From Chiloscyllium plagiosum (Eukaryota), in assembly GCF_004010195.1 (NCBI RefSeq), contig NC_057745.1, positions 348,952-412,951 on the forward strand: 64,000 nucleotides of DNA, given 5' to 3'. The notes below the pieces were generated by a model that was not told the origin of the DNA, searched no databases, and worked only from the letters and a program-made list of their open reading frames with translations. Shown piece by piece: positions 25,135 through 37,398 of this stretch. Position numbers and translations under genes: made by a program. Within the stretch, counting starts at the first letter, position 1; each line of letters starts with the position of its first letter.

Positions 25135-25243
25135 GTGGGTAGCCTACCGGGATGTAAATTACCAGGGCTGACTTCAGCAATTATACTGACTGAGGAGAAC
25201 TGCTGCCGCGATGGGATCCATTCATCATGTACATTTCCATTGA
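25135..25243 (+). pseudogene. crybgx-like Greek key 4 terminal exon remnant: WVAYRDVNYQG/[deletion]DFSNYTD*G/RTAAAMGSIHHVHFH*
   Basis: Strong acceptor (TTTCTTCTCCATTTCATTATAG), WVxYxxxNYxG and GSI motifs. About 7 codons appear deleted, and a Trp position reads TGA at 25191. Confidence 0.85.
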
Positions 25244-28038
25244 ATTCAGAAGTGAGTTGCTACTATTGTCACAAGAAACAAAAATCAATTTTATTATTGA
25301 TTAGCTTTGTAACAGTGCAATTAACCAGCTGCAAAAAGCTTTCACATTTTTTTCACTTTAAGGCCTACACATTTATCTTGCGACAATACTTAAAATATGT
25401 CAATAGGCTTTCAGTCATAAAATGCAATTAATGTGTGTTCTGAAACAACTTGACCAGTCTGGGGACAAATACTCAACCTTCCGCATGTATGCCCCAAATC
25501 TTCAAAATCTCAAATGGCCAGCTTACAAACCCTTCAGCAGGCTTTGTTAATTTTGAGTGTATCTCCCAGAATGGAGGAGAGCTCTTGTCAACTTTGTTTT
25601 CAGTCTCAGCAGGAGAGAAAGATCACTCGATGCAATCCATGTTTAGCTGGCTCTAAGACAAGTTTACTGTTCTGACATTGCCATCTTTGTAGCTCTTTTC
25701 TGTTTGCACGTGCCTTTACAGTGAATTGTGCAGCTCACCATCAGCTCTCATTCCATCAGCCAGGATGCTGCAGGTTGGTGTTAACTATTGGCCACATATT
25801 TGAAACTTATGAGTCTAACTTAAAATGAACTCTAATGAGAAACAAATCAGCCTTATTTTCACTGAACATGAAAAGCTGTTTCACTGGCTGTTAAAGTGTT
25901 ACAGGACACACATTTTTCTTCCATATGTTTTACACAGTTTTACGGTGTTTTAAAAATAACTTCTACATTCACAGTTTCAATATCAGGCAAAAGCTTAAGA
26001 TTTTCTTTGAAGCTGTGAGGCAGGATCTCAACATCTTGACCAAGATAACCTTTAAGCACATTCATGGATTTACTGGCAGTTCACAGCCTGCTACAATAAT
26101 ACAGAAGTTTATAAAGCAATCATCATTCTGTCTCTAATATGAAGAATATGCATACACTGGACGCTAACTTACTCCAGTGTAAATTCTTGCATCCATGTTG
26201 ATATTTTAATTATAAAATGTGCCACATTAAAATTATACTTACCTGCAAATGTGTGTTATACTGCATTTAAACTGGAACTTATATCAGAAATATAAAACAA
26301 AAGCAGAACTTGTAACTTCAAAATAGGGATTGAATTACCTCTCCACCCTTGTCCAATTATACTCCATCTTCTAAGGCTGCTTTCACCTGAAGACAAATCT
26401 CTTCGGGTATCACCATATGAAATTCACTCTTTCAAAACAAACCAGTTGGCAACTGCCCACAAAGAAATGTCATGCAAATATCATTACACTCTAAAACAAC
26501 TGAAACCCCGCTGATGGTTTCAGACACAACACAATGATTATTTTTCTTGCATTCCATAAATCAAAATATTCAATTTTCGAACTGGAATGCTCAAATTTGC
26601 AGCTTTATTACTGATGCTATAGCCTTAATGCTTGGTTTGATTTGAATGAGCTCACAGAGTCACGGTGTATTTTACTCAAGATTGAATAGTACTTGGGGCT
26701 ACTGAAGACCCACTTGATCTGCACAGTGACACCTCTATTTTAAAAGGCACACAAAGAAAAATCAACCAAATTGTGGCTGTTTTGAAAAGGTGCAATATAA
26801 ACACATTCCATAGCAACATTTTTGGCCTGTCATATGGACACAGTGGAGTTGGCCACAATGCTGGGAACTCAAGATAATTGTATTTTAAAAACACAGGCAA
26901 TGACTGAATTAAACTCAGTATTGTACATATTTACACTCCTGCTTTGCTTTTTGTTTGGAGGCAAGTCTCAGTAACTCACATAGCTCAAAGTTAGGCTCCA
27001 TGAATTCACAAAGTTAACCTATAGATATATCCCACGTCTATGCTGTGAATTAAATTGACTTGCACAAAAGCAGCTAAGAGTGACTGTGGATAAACTCAAA
27101 TACAGCGACTGTGAATCACAGCAAAGGGACTGGCTGACAGATTATTACAATCTTATATTAGGAGGCTGCAGTAACTGCTCTTCATGGCTTTATAAACAAA
27201 AATAAATGAAGTGGCCAACAACTCATTGAACATTAAAATCACTTCCAAAACTCAAAAGAAATGTATCCATGCAAGGAGGCAAAACATTGAACCACATCCA
27301 ACTCACCCTCATTATTACATACAACCCTATTCTTTAAGATATTTAACATTATTATTTCAAACTCATACAGCTCAAGGCCAACAATCTTCAATTCTTTTGT
27401 GGCTCATTTAAGTAAGAATATCTGTCACAAAGTACTGCTGTGGTATCAGTTACCCACCGTTACACAGCCTCAGTAAGGCTCACAAACCATAAAGTCTCAC
27501 ATTAGCTGAGAACAGATACTCTATAGTCTAATGGACTTTTATATTTGTCTATTGATCTGGTGTTCTAAAAGCTCAGCATTGTAGAATCTCACTTTTATTC
27601 CCTCAGCAACAATCTGGCATTTCAGTTTAAAATTGTTTTAATCCAAGAATTCTTCAATGCTTTGCTGTATTAAAAAAAAGTTCATGTTTCCTTTATACAG
27701 TAAGTTAAATGTCAAGTTCCCATTTTCTTCTCACTTTCAGTCTTTTTCCGTTTCTCTCATGAAAGGAGGTATAGCAATGAGGATAACTATTTAAAAAACA
27801 TTCAATATCCCCAACAGATAGCAGACTGCAGGCTCAGAGATGGCAGACAGTCCCCTGTGGTGACCATCTTTCCAGTGTATAGCTGAGTGTACACATATTG
27901 AGAAACAATGAGCTCTGATGCATTGCTGTAAAGACGAAACTCTGAATACAAGCGCAGTTCAACACTCCATCTTCAAATGAAGCTGAGTACATTCTGTTGG
28001 TAGGACTTCTTTGCATTCTTTTCTGAAAACTGACCTAT

Positions 28039-28167
28039 TTAGGAGATGCATTCTTCATCCTCCTCCTCTTCCTCATTTTCCTGTGACGCATTTCTAACAG
28101 ACTGTAATGTGCTCAACTGAAGCTGGGTTTGATTGATAACACTCGCATCATCCACCTGCATTGAGGA
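28039..28167 (-). CDS. SNAPC5: SNAPC5 coding exon 3: SSMQVDDASVINQTQLQLSTLQSVRNASQENEEEEEDEECIS*
   Basis: INQTxLxLST motif and acidic tail as in vertebrate SNAPC5, TGTAG acceptor, TAA stop. Total protein 103 aa. Confidence 0.9.
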   Translation of the reverse strand, partial: SSMQVDDASVINQTQLQLSTLQSVRNASQENEEEEEDEECIS

Positions 28168-28339
28168 CTACAGAAACAAAGAGTCAGCAAATGAAATGGA
28201 TCACAATTACCATTCAATGGCAATGTCAGACCAGGCTAAAACTTTAACATCTCCAGTTTCTCATGTGCTGAGTGTACTACTTCCTGACTATCATTTTGGT
28301 ATAAAACAATGGTACTTTCTGCAACAAAGTAAATGACCT

Positions 28340-28990
28340 CTCATCCTCCAAGTCATTAATCTAGTAAATAATTGAAGCCCCATGACTGATCTATATATAC
28401 TCCATCCTTGAAAAGATCCATTAATCCCAACTCCATCCTCTGTGTTAACCAATCCTCAATCCACGCTGATGCATTACTCTCAATTCCATATTCTCCTATT
28501 TTGTGCAAAATCCTTCTGCGCACCTTATCAAAAGCCTTCTGGAAATCAAATACACTACAACTACTAGCTCTCTTTATCAATTCTGCTTGTTACATTCCTC
28601 AAAGGATTCCAACAAATTTGGAATAAGGGAAATACAGACCATGTGTGGGCAAATGGAATTAGTTTAGAGTCACATCATAGCACAGGCATACTGTACTTTA
28701 TGAATGATTTCCTTTTCACAAAACCATACTAACTTGGTTTGAGTGCATTAAGTTTTTCTAAGTATCTTCCTATTTCTTCCTTAATAAGGGACTCTAGTAT
28801 TTTTCCAGATGTTAGATTAACTGGCCTGTAGTTTCCTGCTTCCTGTCTCCTTCCCTTTTTGAACAGGGATGTCAAACACAGGCTTTACCAATGGGCTGGC
28901 ACTTTTCTGTTTCCAGTGAGTTCTGGAATATTTTGACCAATGCCTCCACCATCTCAGCAGGCACTTCCTTCCTTTAAAACTTCTCTTCCT
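28340..28990 (-). mobile_element. Old CR1-like RT fragments
   Basis: DFQKAFDKV...WIEDWLT translation. Confidence 0.65.
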
Positions 28991-31639
28991 CCCCAGCACT
29001 GCATCCTGAATCAAACTCATTTTCTCCCACACCAATCTCTGAGCCATGTATTTTTCTCTATACTGCAATTTACACATGGCTGGTAGTTAATACAGAGATG
29101 AACCCACCTCTGTGTTTTTGCTTTATCATTTAGCACAGAGTTGCTTATAATTCCTCAGTAGACAACACAGCCTTCAGAACATTACCTTCTCTACAAAAAA
29201 CAGTTATCTATTCCCCTATGATATTCCCTAAGACTGTTATGTTTCTTTCTCAGTGCACATCCTTCCCAGTCTCTGCCCTCATCCACTTGCTAAGCAAAAA
29301 CTTTGAACCGACTGGAGCTGAAGCTCCTTCAAATCGAAATTCAGGATCATCATACCTGCATCACTCAGTTACACCTACCTGCCTCTGAACTGTAATTAGT
29401 CCAAGATTTGTGACTGCTTCCTGAAACAGTGACCAGGTACCTTTCCCCATCCTTAGTAACTACAGCTCACTAACTCTGAGGTGAAGACCCTTGAGCAGCA
29501 AGCAATTGCTGTAGATTTGGTCACTGTGGATTGCATTAATATCCACAAACTCCTACATACTACAGCTGCAATACATCAAGTGAGCCTTCTTTGAACTGTC
29601 TCCTTATGTCCTTAAGTGCAAATTCTTCCCACTGTAGTCTCATCAACATCCTAGACAATCACAGCACAACCTCTCTGTTATATTCCATTCCCCTTGTAAA
29701 AAAAAATCACAACTTTCTATTTGCCTTCCTAATCACACTAACATTTTCAGCTTCACATAGCAGGACCCTCAAGTCTCTATATATCACTGGATTCTGCAAA
29801 ATCTCACCATTTAATAATACACTGCTTTTCTATTTCTTCTGCCAAAATTGACAAGTTTGTATGTTATCTCTACACAGTACAGAATTTGGATTATTGTGAC
29901 TATTTTCCCAGCAAAAGGAGAAGAGATTTGATAGAGATATTCAAAATCATAAAGAGTCTAGGCAATGTAGTTATGGAGAAACCATCCCCATTGGCAGGAT
30001 AATTGAAAGACCAAAGGGGCAAAAGAAACAATTATGATTTTTTTTCACGCTGTGAGTGGTTACGGATTGGAATGGACAGCCTGAAACTATGGCGGAGGTA
30101 GGTCAATTGATCCATTGAAGAAGAAACTGGATTTTTAGCTGAAAAGGAAGAAGGTGCAAGACCACAGGAGAAAGCAGGGGAGTGACATCAAGTGTTCATT
30201 CAGATCACCAACACAAACATGACATCGGCTGAATGGTGTCCTCTAATCATGTAACCATTCTGTAATTTTACCTCATGCTGATGGCTTGAGATATGTTTTT
30301 GCCCACAAGAAGAATCATTTTTGTATCCATTCCATCAAAATAAATTTGATGGACCTGTATTCGGGTCACCAAGTGAACCTTCTTTTGTCCAAGAAGTCAG
30401 CATGTCAATCCCTTCCTGATATATACCCCTATTTCTAGTCATGTCGGTCTTCCCTAAATCCTCTCTGTACTCCTATATCTTCTCCATTCCTACCTTCCCA
30501 ATTCTGTTTGAAATAAAGTCTGGTGCTTGGATTGTTCTTCTGTGGCTTTGCTAACCTGTCACTAACTAGTCAGCAATTAGTGTACCGCTGCCCAGAGATA
30601 CCTTCTTTCCTCTACCATACTTGGACTTGCATCTTCCATGTCATAAGTCATCTCCCAATTCACTCACCAAGATATACTGCCTCACATTTATCTGTGTGAA
30701 TTTAGTTTACCAATTATTTGACGAATCTCTAACTTTATTCATGATCTTCTGTAATTTATTTCAAAGATGTCAAGGCCTTGGCAAGAATGAAGAGAAAATT
30801 TATTAGAATAATTCTAGGTACAGCATACTGGCTCAGTGGTTAGCTTTGCTGCCTCACAGTGCCACGGACCCAGGTTCGATTCCAGCCTCCAGTGACTATC
30901 TCTGCAAAGTTTTTATGTTCTCCCCATGTCAGTGTGCATTTCCTCTGGGTGCTCCAGTTTCCTCCCACAATCCAAAGATGTGTAGGCTAGGTGGGTTAGC
31001 CTTGGGAAATGTATGGTTACAGGGATAGGTTAGCAGGGTGGGTCTAGATGGGATGCTCTACAGAGGATCAGTGTGGATTCTATGGGCTGAATGGCCTGTT
31101 TCCACACTATTAGTCCACGCTGTGGACATCAGTGAATCAGATGGGTTTTTCTGACATCCAACAATAGAGTAATGGTTGTTAAGACTTTTTTTTAACTGAA
31201 CTCCAATTCTACTATCTGTTGTGAGAGGATTTGAACCCAAGTTCCCAGAACATTACTTGGATTCCTGGATTAATAGTCCAGTGATATTAGTACTAGGCTG
31301 CCACTTCCCTTTATTTAAATGATAGGTAAAAGAACCCAGAAGGGAGACGATGTGAAAAAAAAACACAACATGCCCTAGCTTTTTTAAAGATAAGCCACAT
31401 GTCACAGTCTTTCCTTCCTCCCCTCCCCCAGAACCCTATCATTTTATTTCAGAGAGCAAACAGAAGACAGACTGAACATGATGGGTGGAATGAAGCAAGG
31501 ATAGCACAAGTCAATATCAGATGGGGAATGCAGAATGATAAACACAAAAGTTATTCAATATGTATTCACATGATGCTGTTTCCTTGAAATTTTAAAAGAA
31601 AAATATATTAATGTTTATAGCTCAGATCAGATTTCTCAC

Positions 31640-31732
31640 CTCTACAGGTTCAGCTGCTTGACCACAGTTGTCAGTGTCATCATCACCATCTTCCCTAGTC
31701 ATGATCATCGAGCGAAGGGCCAACTCTTCTAC
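31640..31732 (-). CDS. SNAPC5: SNAPC5 coding exon 2: VEELALRSMIMTREDGDDDTDNCGQAAEPVE
   Basis: VEELALxSMI motif, TTTTAG acceptor and GTGAGA donor, 93 nt. Confidence 0.93.
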
Positions 31733-32477
31733 CTAAAAGGTACACACATACCCACTTACACAAGGATCCTTTCCAAAAAAATGTTGGCATCCAATATTGA
31801 TAATCAGCATTCCTGCAGCATCTTTAACATACCAATATTACCAAGATACCTAGACAGGAATAAAGCCACCCTGAGCGATGGGAAATGACTAATGAAGGAG
31901 AAATCATTCAACCTCTAATTCAATTAGATCACTGCTGATCTGCACCATAATTCCACGTTTGTCCTTTTTGGCATCATATCCCATTACCAGGTACAGATTA
32001 ATATGTCGGGCCCAGGGCTTTAGAATCCCATAATCCATTAATTACAAAAGGGATTGGCTGGAGCATGCAAAACTTTGAAATAAATAGGAAAGGTTTGGAG
32101 GGACATGGGCCAGGAGCAGGCAGGTGGGACTAGTTTAGTTTGGGATGACATTCGGCATGGACTGCTTGGACCAAAGAGGCTATTCCTGTGCTGGATGACT
32201 ATGGGACACGCTGCAGGACATCAACCCAGAACTTAAGAGTCAGAGCTCCACTTACCTATCCACTCACCATAGCCCTTACTTCCTTTACTGTTCAGTGGGT
32301 GTCTAGCTTTCCACTAACCCAGAGGAATACTAAACATTAAAGTCTCACATAACTTCAACAATATCACTCACAATCTGTCAGTGACTGGGTATCCACAGTT
32401 TTGTTTGGGGTGAGGGGATGGGAGGGGGCTTTTCCACTACCATCTTTGAGGTAAATGTTCACTGGTATCATTCTTAA

Positions 32478-32982
32478 GATGTTGTGAAACTTGAAAGGGT
32501 TCAGAAAAGACTTACAAGGATGTTGCCAGGGTTGGTGGATCTGAGCTACAGGGAGAGGCTGAACAGGCTGGGGCTGTTTTCCCTGGAGCGTTGGAGGCTG
32601 AGGTGTCACTGTATAGAGGTTTACAAAATTATGAGGGGCATGGATAGGATAAATAGACAATGTCTTTTCCCTGGGTCGGGGAGTCCAGAACTAGAGGGCA
32701 TAGGTTTAGGATGAGTGGGGAAAGATATAAAAGTGACCCAAGGGGCAACTTTTTCACGCAGAGGGTGGTACATGTATGGAATGAGCTGCCAAAGGATGTG
32801 ATGGAGGCTGGTACAATTGCAACATTTAAGAGGCATTTGGATGGGTATATGGATAGGAAAGGTTTGGAGGGATATGGGCCGGGTGCTGGCAGGTGGGACT
32901 AGATTGGGTTGGGATATCTGGTCGGCATGGACAGGTTGGACCGAAGGGTCTGTTTCTATGTTGTACATCTCTATGACTCTAT
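32478..32982 (+). mobile_element. CR1 LINE 3' fragment
   Basis: LERVQKRLTRMLPGL...FFTQRVVHVWNELP translation and CTCTATGACTCTAT tail. Confidence 0.9.
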
Positions 32983-33449
32983 AAATGGTCTAACTCCAAT
33001 TATAAGATTAAAATCCTTTTTGTTTGAATATCCCCTCAGATACAATTGTTTTCTGTCTTTAGATTAGGGAAGATTAGCAAAGCTAAATTCTTGGCTGCAG
33101 TCCAGCGGGATGACTTAACATTTTATTTACACTGTCGGATGGGTTACAGGTAAGCAAGGTTTTGAAGGTTCTGTTAGAAGGAACACCTACAGCCAGTTGT
33201 CAGCTCTGTAACAGGAGAACTGCAGGAATGCAATCAGTTAGGAACTTGAGTGCCAGCTTAGCTCAATTTATAGCAAGAGTGAGGGGATACTGCACAATTA
33301 CAGGTTGTCTCTCTCGAATACGACTCCCACTACTACATAACTTGGATGTAAAAGAATCCATGGCATTGCCAGTGTGTGCTACTCAGCATTTCTTCTTCAA
33401 CCAAAAGCTTTCTGGCTATAAGAACATAAGAAATTGCAGCAGTTTTAGG

Positions 33450-33870
33450 ATCGCTGCTGGGCCCTCTACTTTTTTGTCATTTACATAAATGATTTGGATG
33501 CGAACATAAGAGGTACAGTTAGTACGATTGCAGATGACACCAAAATTGGAGGTGTGGTGAATAACGAAGAGGGTTACCTCAGATTGCAACAGGATCTGGA
33601 CCAGATAGGCCAATGGGCTGAGGAGTGGCAGATGGAGTTTAATTCAGATAAATGCGAGGTGCTGCATTTTGGGAAAGCAAATCTTAGCAGGACGTATACA
33701 CTTAATGGTAAGGTCCTAGGTGTTGCTTGGAGTGCAGGTTCATAGCTCCTTGAAAGTGGAGTCGCAGGTAGATAGGATAGTGAAGGCGGCGTTTGGTATG
33801 CTTTCCTTTATTGATCAGAGCACTGAGTACAAGAGTTGGGAGGTCATGCTGTACATCTCTATGACTCTAG
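33450..33870 (+). mobile_element. Internally deleted CR1 fragment
   Basis: ADDTKIGG...WQMEFNSDKC joined directly to the CR1 tail. Confidence 0.85.
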
Positions 33871-34917
33871 GAGTAGGCCATCTAGCCTGTTGAGATGGTT
33901 CTGCCATTCAATAAGGTCAAGGCTGATCTTTCTGTGGACTCAGCTCCACTTAGCCGCCCACTCACGATAACCCTCCCTTCACTGTTCAAAAAATCTATCA
34001 ATCTTAGCCTTAAAAACATTCAATGAGGTAGCCTCAACTGCTTCAATGGGCAGAGAATTCCACAGATTCACAACCCTTTAGGTGAGAAGCTCCTTCTCTC
34101 TCAGTCCTAAATCTGTTCCCCCTTATTTTGAGGCTACACGCCCTAGTTCTAATTTCACCAGCCAGTGGAAACAACCTCCCTGCTTCTATCCTATCTATTC
34201 CCTAAATAATTTTATATGATTCTATAAGATCGCCCCTGCATCCTTTTAAATTCCAATGAGTACAGTCCCACTTTACTCAATCTTTTTACACAAGCCAACC
34301 CTCTCAGCTCTGGAATCTGCATAATCTGATGGCTGTGTTTGCCTGGCATAGCAACAGTTGGTCACACGTGGGAAAGGGGCTGAAATGGCTCCAGACCTCT
34401 AAATTGTAAACTTCAAGCTCCCATTGAATGAATGGCACAACATGCAGAACTGAAGACAATACTTTTTTTTAAATATAGGAAATGATTCAGTGCCCTACCC
34501 AATCCTTAGTTTATGCTTATCCCATTAGAGGTGAACGTATATCTCAGCCCAATGTGACAGTGCCCGATCTGCTGATACATACTACAAGCAAATGTAATCA
34601 AATTAAAAAGTTTGGGATGCTTTTACTTGAATCACAGGAGAGAACAAAGACTAAGACTTAAGATTGTGTTTGGCTGGGTGATGCAGGCAGAAGCACCTCC
34701 CACCCTAAACTGTCTCAATTCAGCAAGAGCAATGTCAAAAATGAGGCAATGGAGTTGGGGAGGAGGGACTCCATGAACTGGACAGCCTGCACTATACCTC
34801 ACCAGGGAACACTTGCTATTGGCCCTGCTTGTAAAGGTACTTCATCCACCGACACAGAACAGCAGAATTTAAATCTATACATAAACAATAGGTGTTATTC
34901 GTTGCATGTAAGTATAC

Positions 34918-35007
34918 CTTGAGTCGGTTTAATTGATCTTGTAAACTGGTTTTGACTTTCAGTAGAGCTTCTTCTTCTTTCTTCAGCTCCTGCAACCGAC
35001 TGAGCAT
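34918..35007 (-). CDS. SNAPC5: snRNA-activating protein complex subunit 5 (SNAP19), coding exon 1: MLSRLQELKKEEEALLKVKTSLQDQLNRLK
   Basis: Closely matches the vertebrate SNAPC5 N-terminal leucine zipper. Donor AAG|GTATAC. An acceptor at 35037-35038 implies an upstream non-coding exon. Confidence 0.95.
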
Positions 35008-35599
35008 TCTGAGTCCTTTGGAGTTTTAGTGTTTACCTGTAGGAGGAATAACTGCACCTTTTGAAGAATTGTGCACAAAGATGCTGTAAATTGAACACTG
35101 CATTCTAATAAGAGAAGCAGCCTGTGAAGACTAGGATACAGGAGAAATAAGCGGCTAATGACAATCAGAAAGGGGCATCAGATGAAACAAAGGGATTCCC
35201 ACTGCCAGGCCAGTCAATATCTGAAACAAAAAGACAATTTAGCAGCTTTGTTGGAGCTGCGTACACAATGTTAACTAATTTTCTACAATATAACTTCAGC
35301 AGACTGGTCATTTACACCACTTTAAAGAACAAAGGCAGATAGTACCCATACCCAATCCTATCTATACAGACACCTCTTAAACATGTAGATAATGTGCAAG
35401 AGGATTTCCCTACCACGCTACCAACCCCATGTTTAGAAGATGCATGGATGACAAATATAAAATTATTTGATTGGTCAGTACAGGAAAGATACTCTAACCT
35501 GGAAATAAAAGGGGATGCTGCCTTCAAATTAAAACTAGGTAATTCTGGAATGAGATCAAGAAACAGTTTTCTCCATACAGAAAATTCCTTTGACAGCGA

Positions 35600-37398
35600 G
35601 TTTTGAGAAGATCTGTAACTCACATTGAGGTTCTGGATGTAGGTTTGCTCACTGAGCTGCAAGGTTCGTGAGCCTTCGGATGAAGCTCTGGTGGTATGGC
35701 CCGCTTTTTATGTGTTTAAGTTTCCTTGGGTTGCTGATTAAATTTCTTATGGTGATGTCATTTCCTGTTCTTTTTCTCAGGGGGTGGTAAATGGGATCCA
35801 AGAAAGTGTGTTTGTTGATAGACACTAGTATCTTTACATACAGATGAGGAAGGACACCACTTCGACTGGGACAACACATCCATCCTAGGGCAAACCAAAC
35901 AGAGACATGCGCGAGAATTCCTAGAAGCATGGCATTCCAACCAGAACTCATCCTCTTCTATCTTGGTGTGTTTGATGGTTTTCAGGAATTCTTGGGTGGA
36001 GTGGATGAGTGGCCTGAGTCTTCTACTAAATGGTTTAGTCTTTCGTATAGCTCCTTGGCTATCTAAGTTGGTGTTCCAGGTAGCGAGACTATGGGTCTGA
36101 GGGGGACTCCTGGTTTGTGAATCTTGGGTAATCCGTAGAAGCGTGGTGTGTTGGATCCATTTGGATTCGTATTTTGGAAGTCTGTCTTATTGATTTCTCC
36201 AGATTTTTGATGTTTTTTTGAGTACGGCTTTGATTTAGTTCTATAATTGTGGGGTTTGGTCTATCGCCACTTGTTGGTAAGTGTTGGTATCTGCAAGCAG
36301 TGCATTCGCTTTCTCAATGTAGTCTCTTTGATTTAAAATGACTGTCAAGCGTCCTTTGACTGCAGGTAGGATAACAATGTTTTTATCTTTTTCTTAGTCC
36401 TTCTAGTGCTTTCCTTTCTTATGTATTGAGTGTTTCCGTCCTTTTTCCTGGTTAATGTTGGGGTGACTATCACTCTGATGGTTTGCTGGGTTTTCTCTGA
36501 GAGTTCATTGCCTTTCACTGTTGTTTCTAATGCTGCTAAGAAATTTTTCTTGTCCGCATCCTGGAAGTTGTAATTTAATCCTTTTACTAAGACAGCTTTC
36601 TCAGTGTCTGTTAACAGTCGGTCAGATAAGTTTTTTATCCATTCTTCTGTGTTATTTTGTGTAAGTTTGTCTAGTTTTTCTCCTTTTCTGTGTTTGCCGC
36701 TGTCTAATGTCTATGACTTGTTGTATTGTGTCTGTCGAATTAGTAAGTAAAGTTTTTTGGCGTGAAATTTCCCAGTTGTATTTACAGTCTGTTGTGGGCA
36801 TCATTAAGCATTTCTCTAAGCATTCTGCGCCCGTTTTGCTCTGCTATTGTTTTGGCTAGTGGGGTATTAAGGGGAGGTTTGTATTTAAGACATTTAAGGA
36901 GTACCTGTTACCTTAGGCATTCGTGCAGGAAGTACAGCTGTTAGTGCGTGGCATTCTGTCCATGGCATTGGTTTCCCATCTGCATTGGACAAACTGGCAG
37001 AAAACTAGCCACCAGGATACACGAACATCAACTTGTCACAAAAAGACAATACCCATTCTCACTAGTATCCTTACATACAGATGAGGAAGGACACCACTTC
37101 GACTGGGACAACACATCATCCATGGACAAGCCAAACAGAGACATGTGCGAGAATTCCAAGAATCATGGCATTCCAACCGGAATTCTATCAACAAACACAC
37201 TGATTTGGATCCCATTTATCATCCCCTTAGAAAAAGAACATGAAATGACATCACCAACCCAAGGAAACCTAAACACAAATCAAAAGTGGGCCATACCACC
37301 AGCGCTTCATCCGGAGGCTCACTGATGATGTTACCTAACATGTTGACGAAACATCTGAAAATGAACATTCCAGCTCAGTGAGCAAACCTTTGCCCAGA
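35600..37398. mobile_element. Rearranged Penelope-like retroelement (RT region on -, GIY-YIG and pseudo-LTR on +, inverted pseudo-LTR at left)
   Basis: The minus strand at about 36070-36160 reads [27 protein letters not shown]. The plus strand has IGQTGRKLATRIHEH. Hammerhead-like core at 37319-37358. Confidence 0.88.

Larger units (their letters stand above)
18552..25243 (+). pseudogene. crybgx: Decayed intron-containing beta/gamma-crystallin gene, crybgx-like (short N-terminal exons plus four Greek-key exons)
   Basis: Five collinear same-strand exon remnants, plus a weak sixth at about 18552-18578 (HFIKTPRIT). Intron phases follow the beta-crystallin 0/2/0/2 pattern. Multiple stops, frameshifts and mutated splice sites. 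Confidence 0.85.

Noticed and set aside
26339-26386. 48-nt AG/GT-bounded minus-strand segment as an alternative SNAPC5 exon (VKAALEDGV*)
   Set aside because: Weak polypyrimidine tract and no recognisable similarity, so it is expected by chance.
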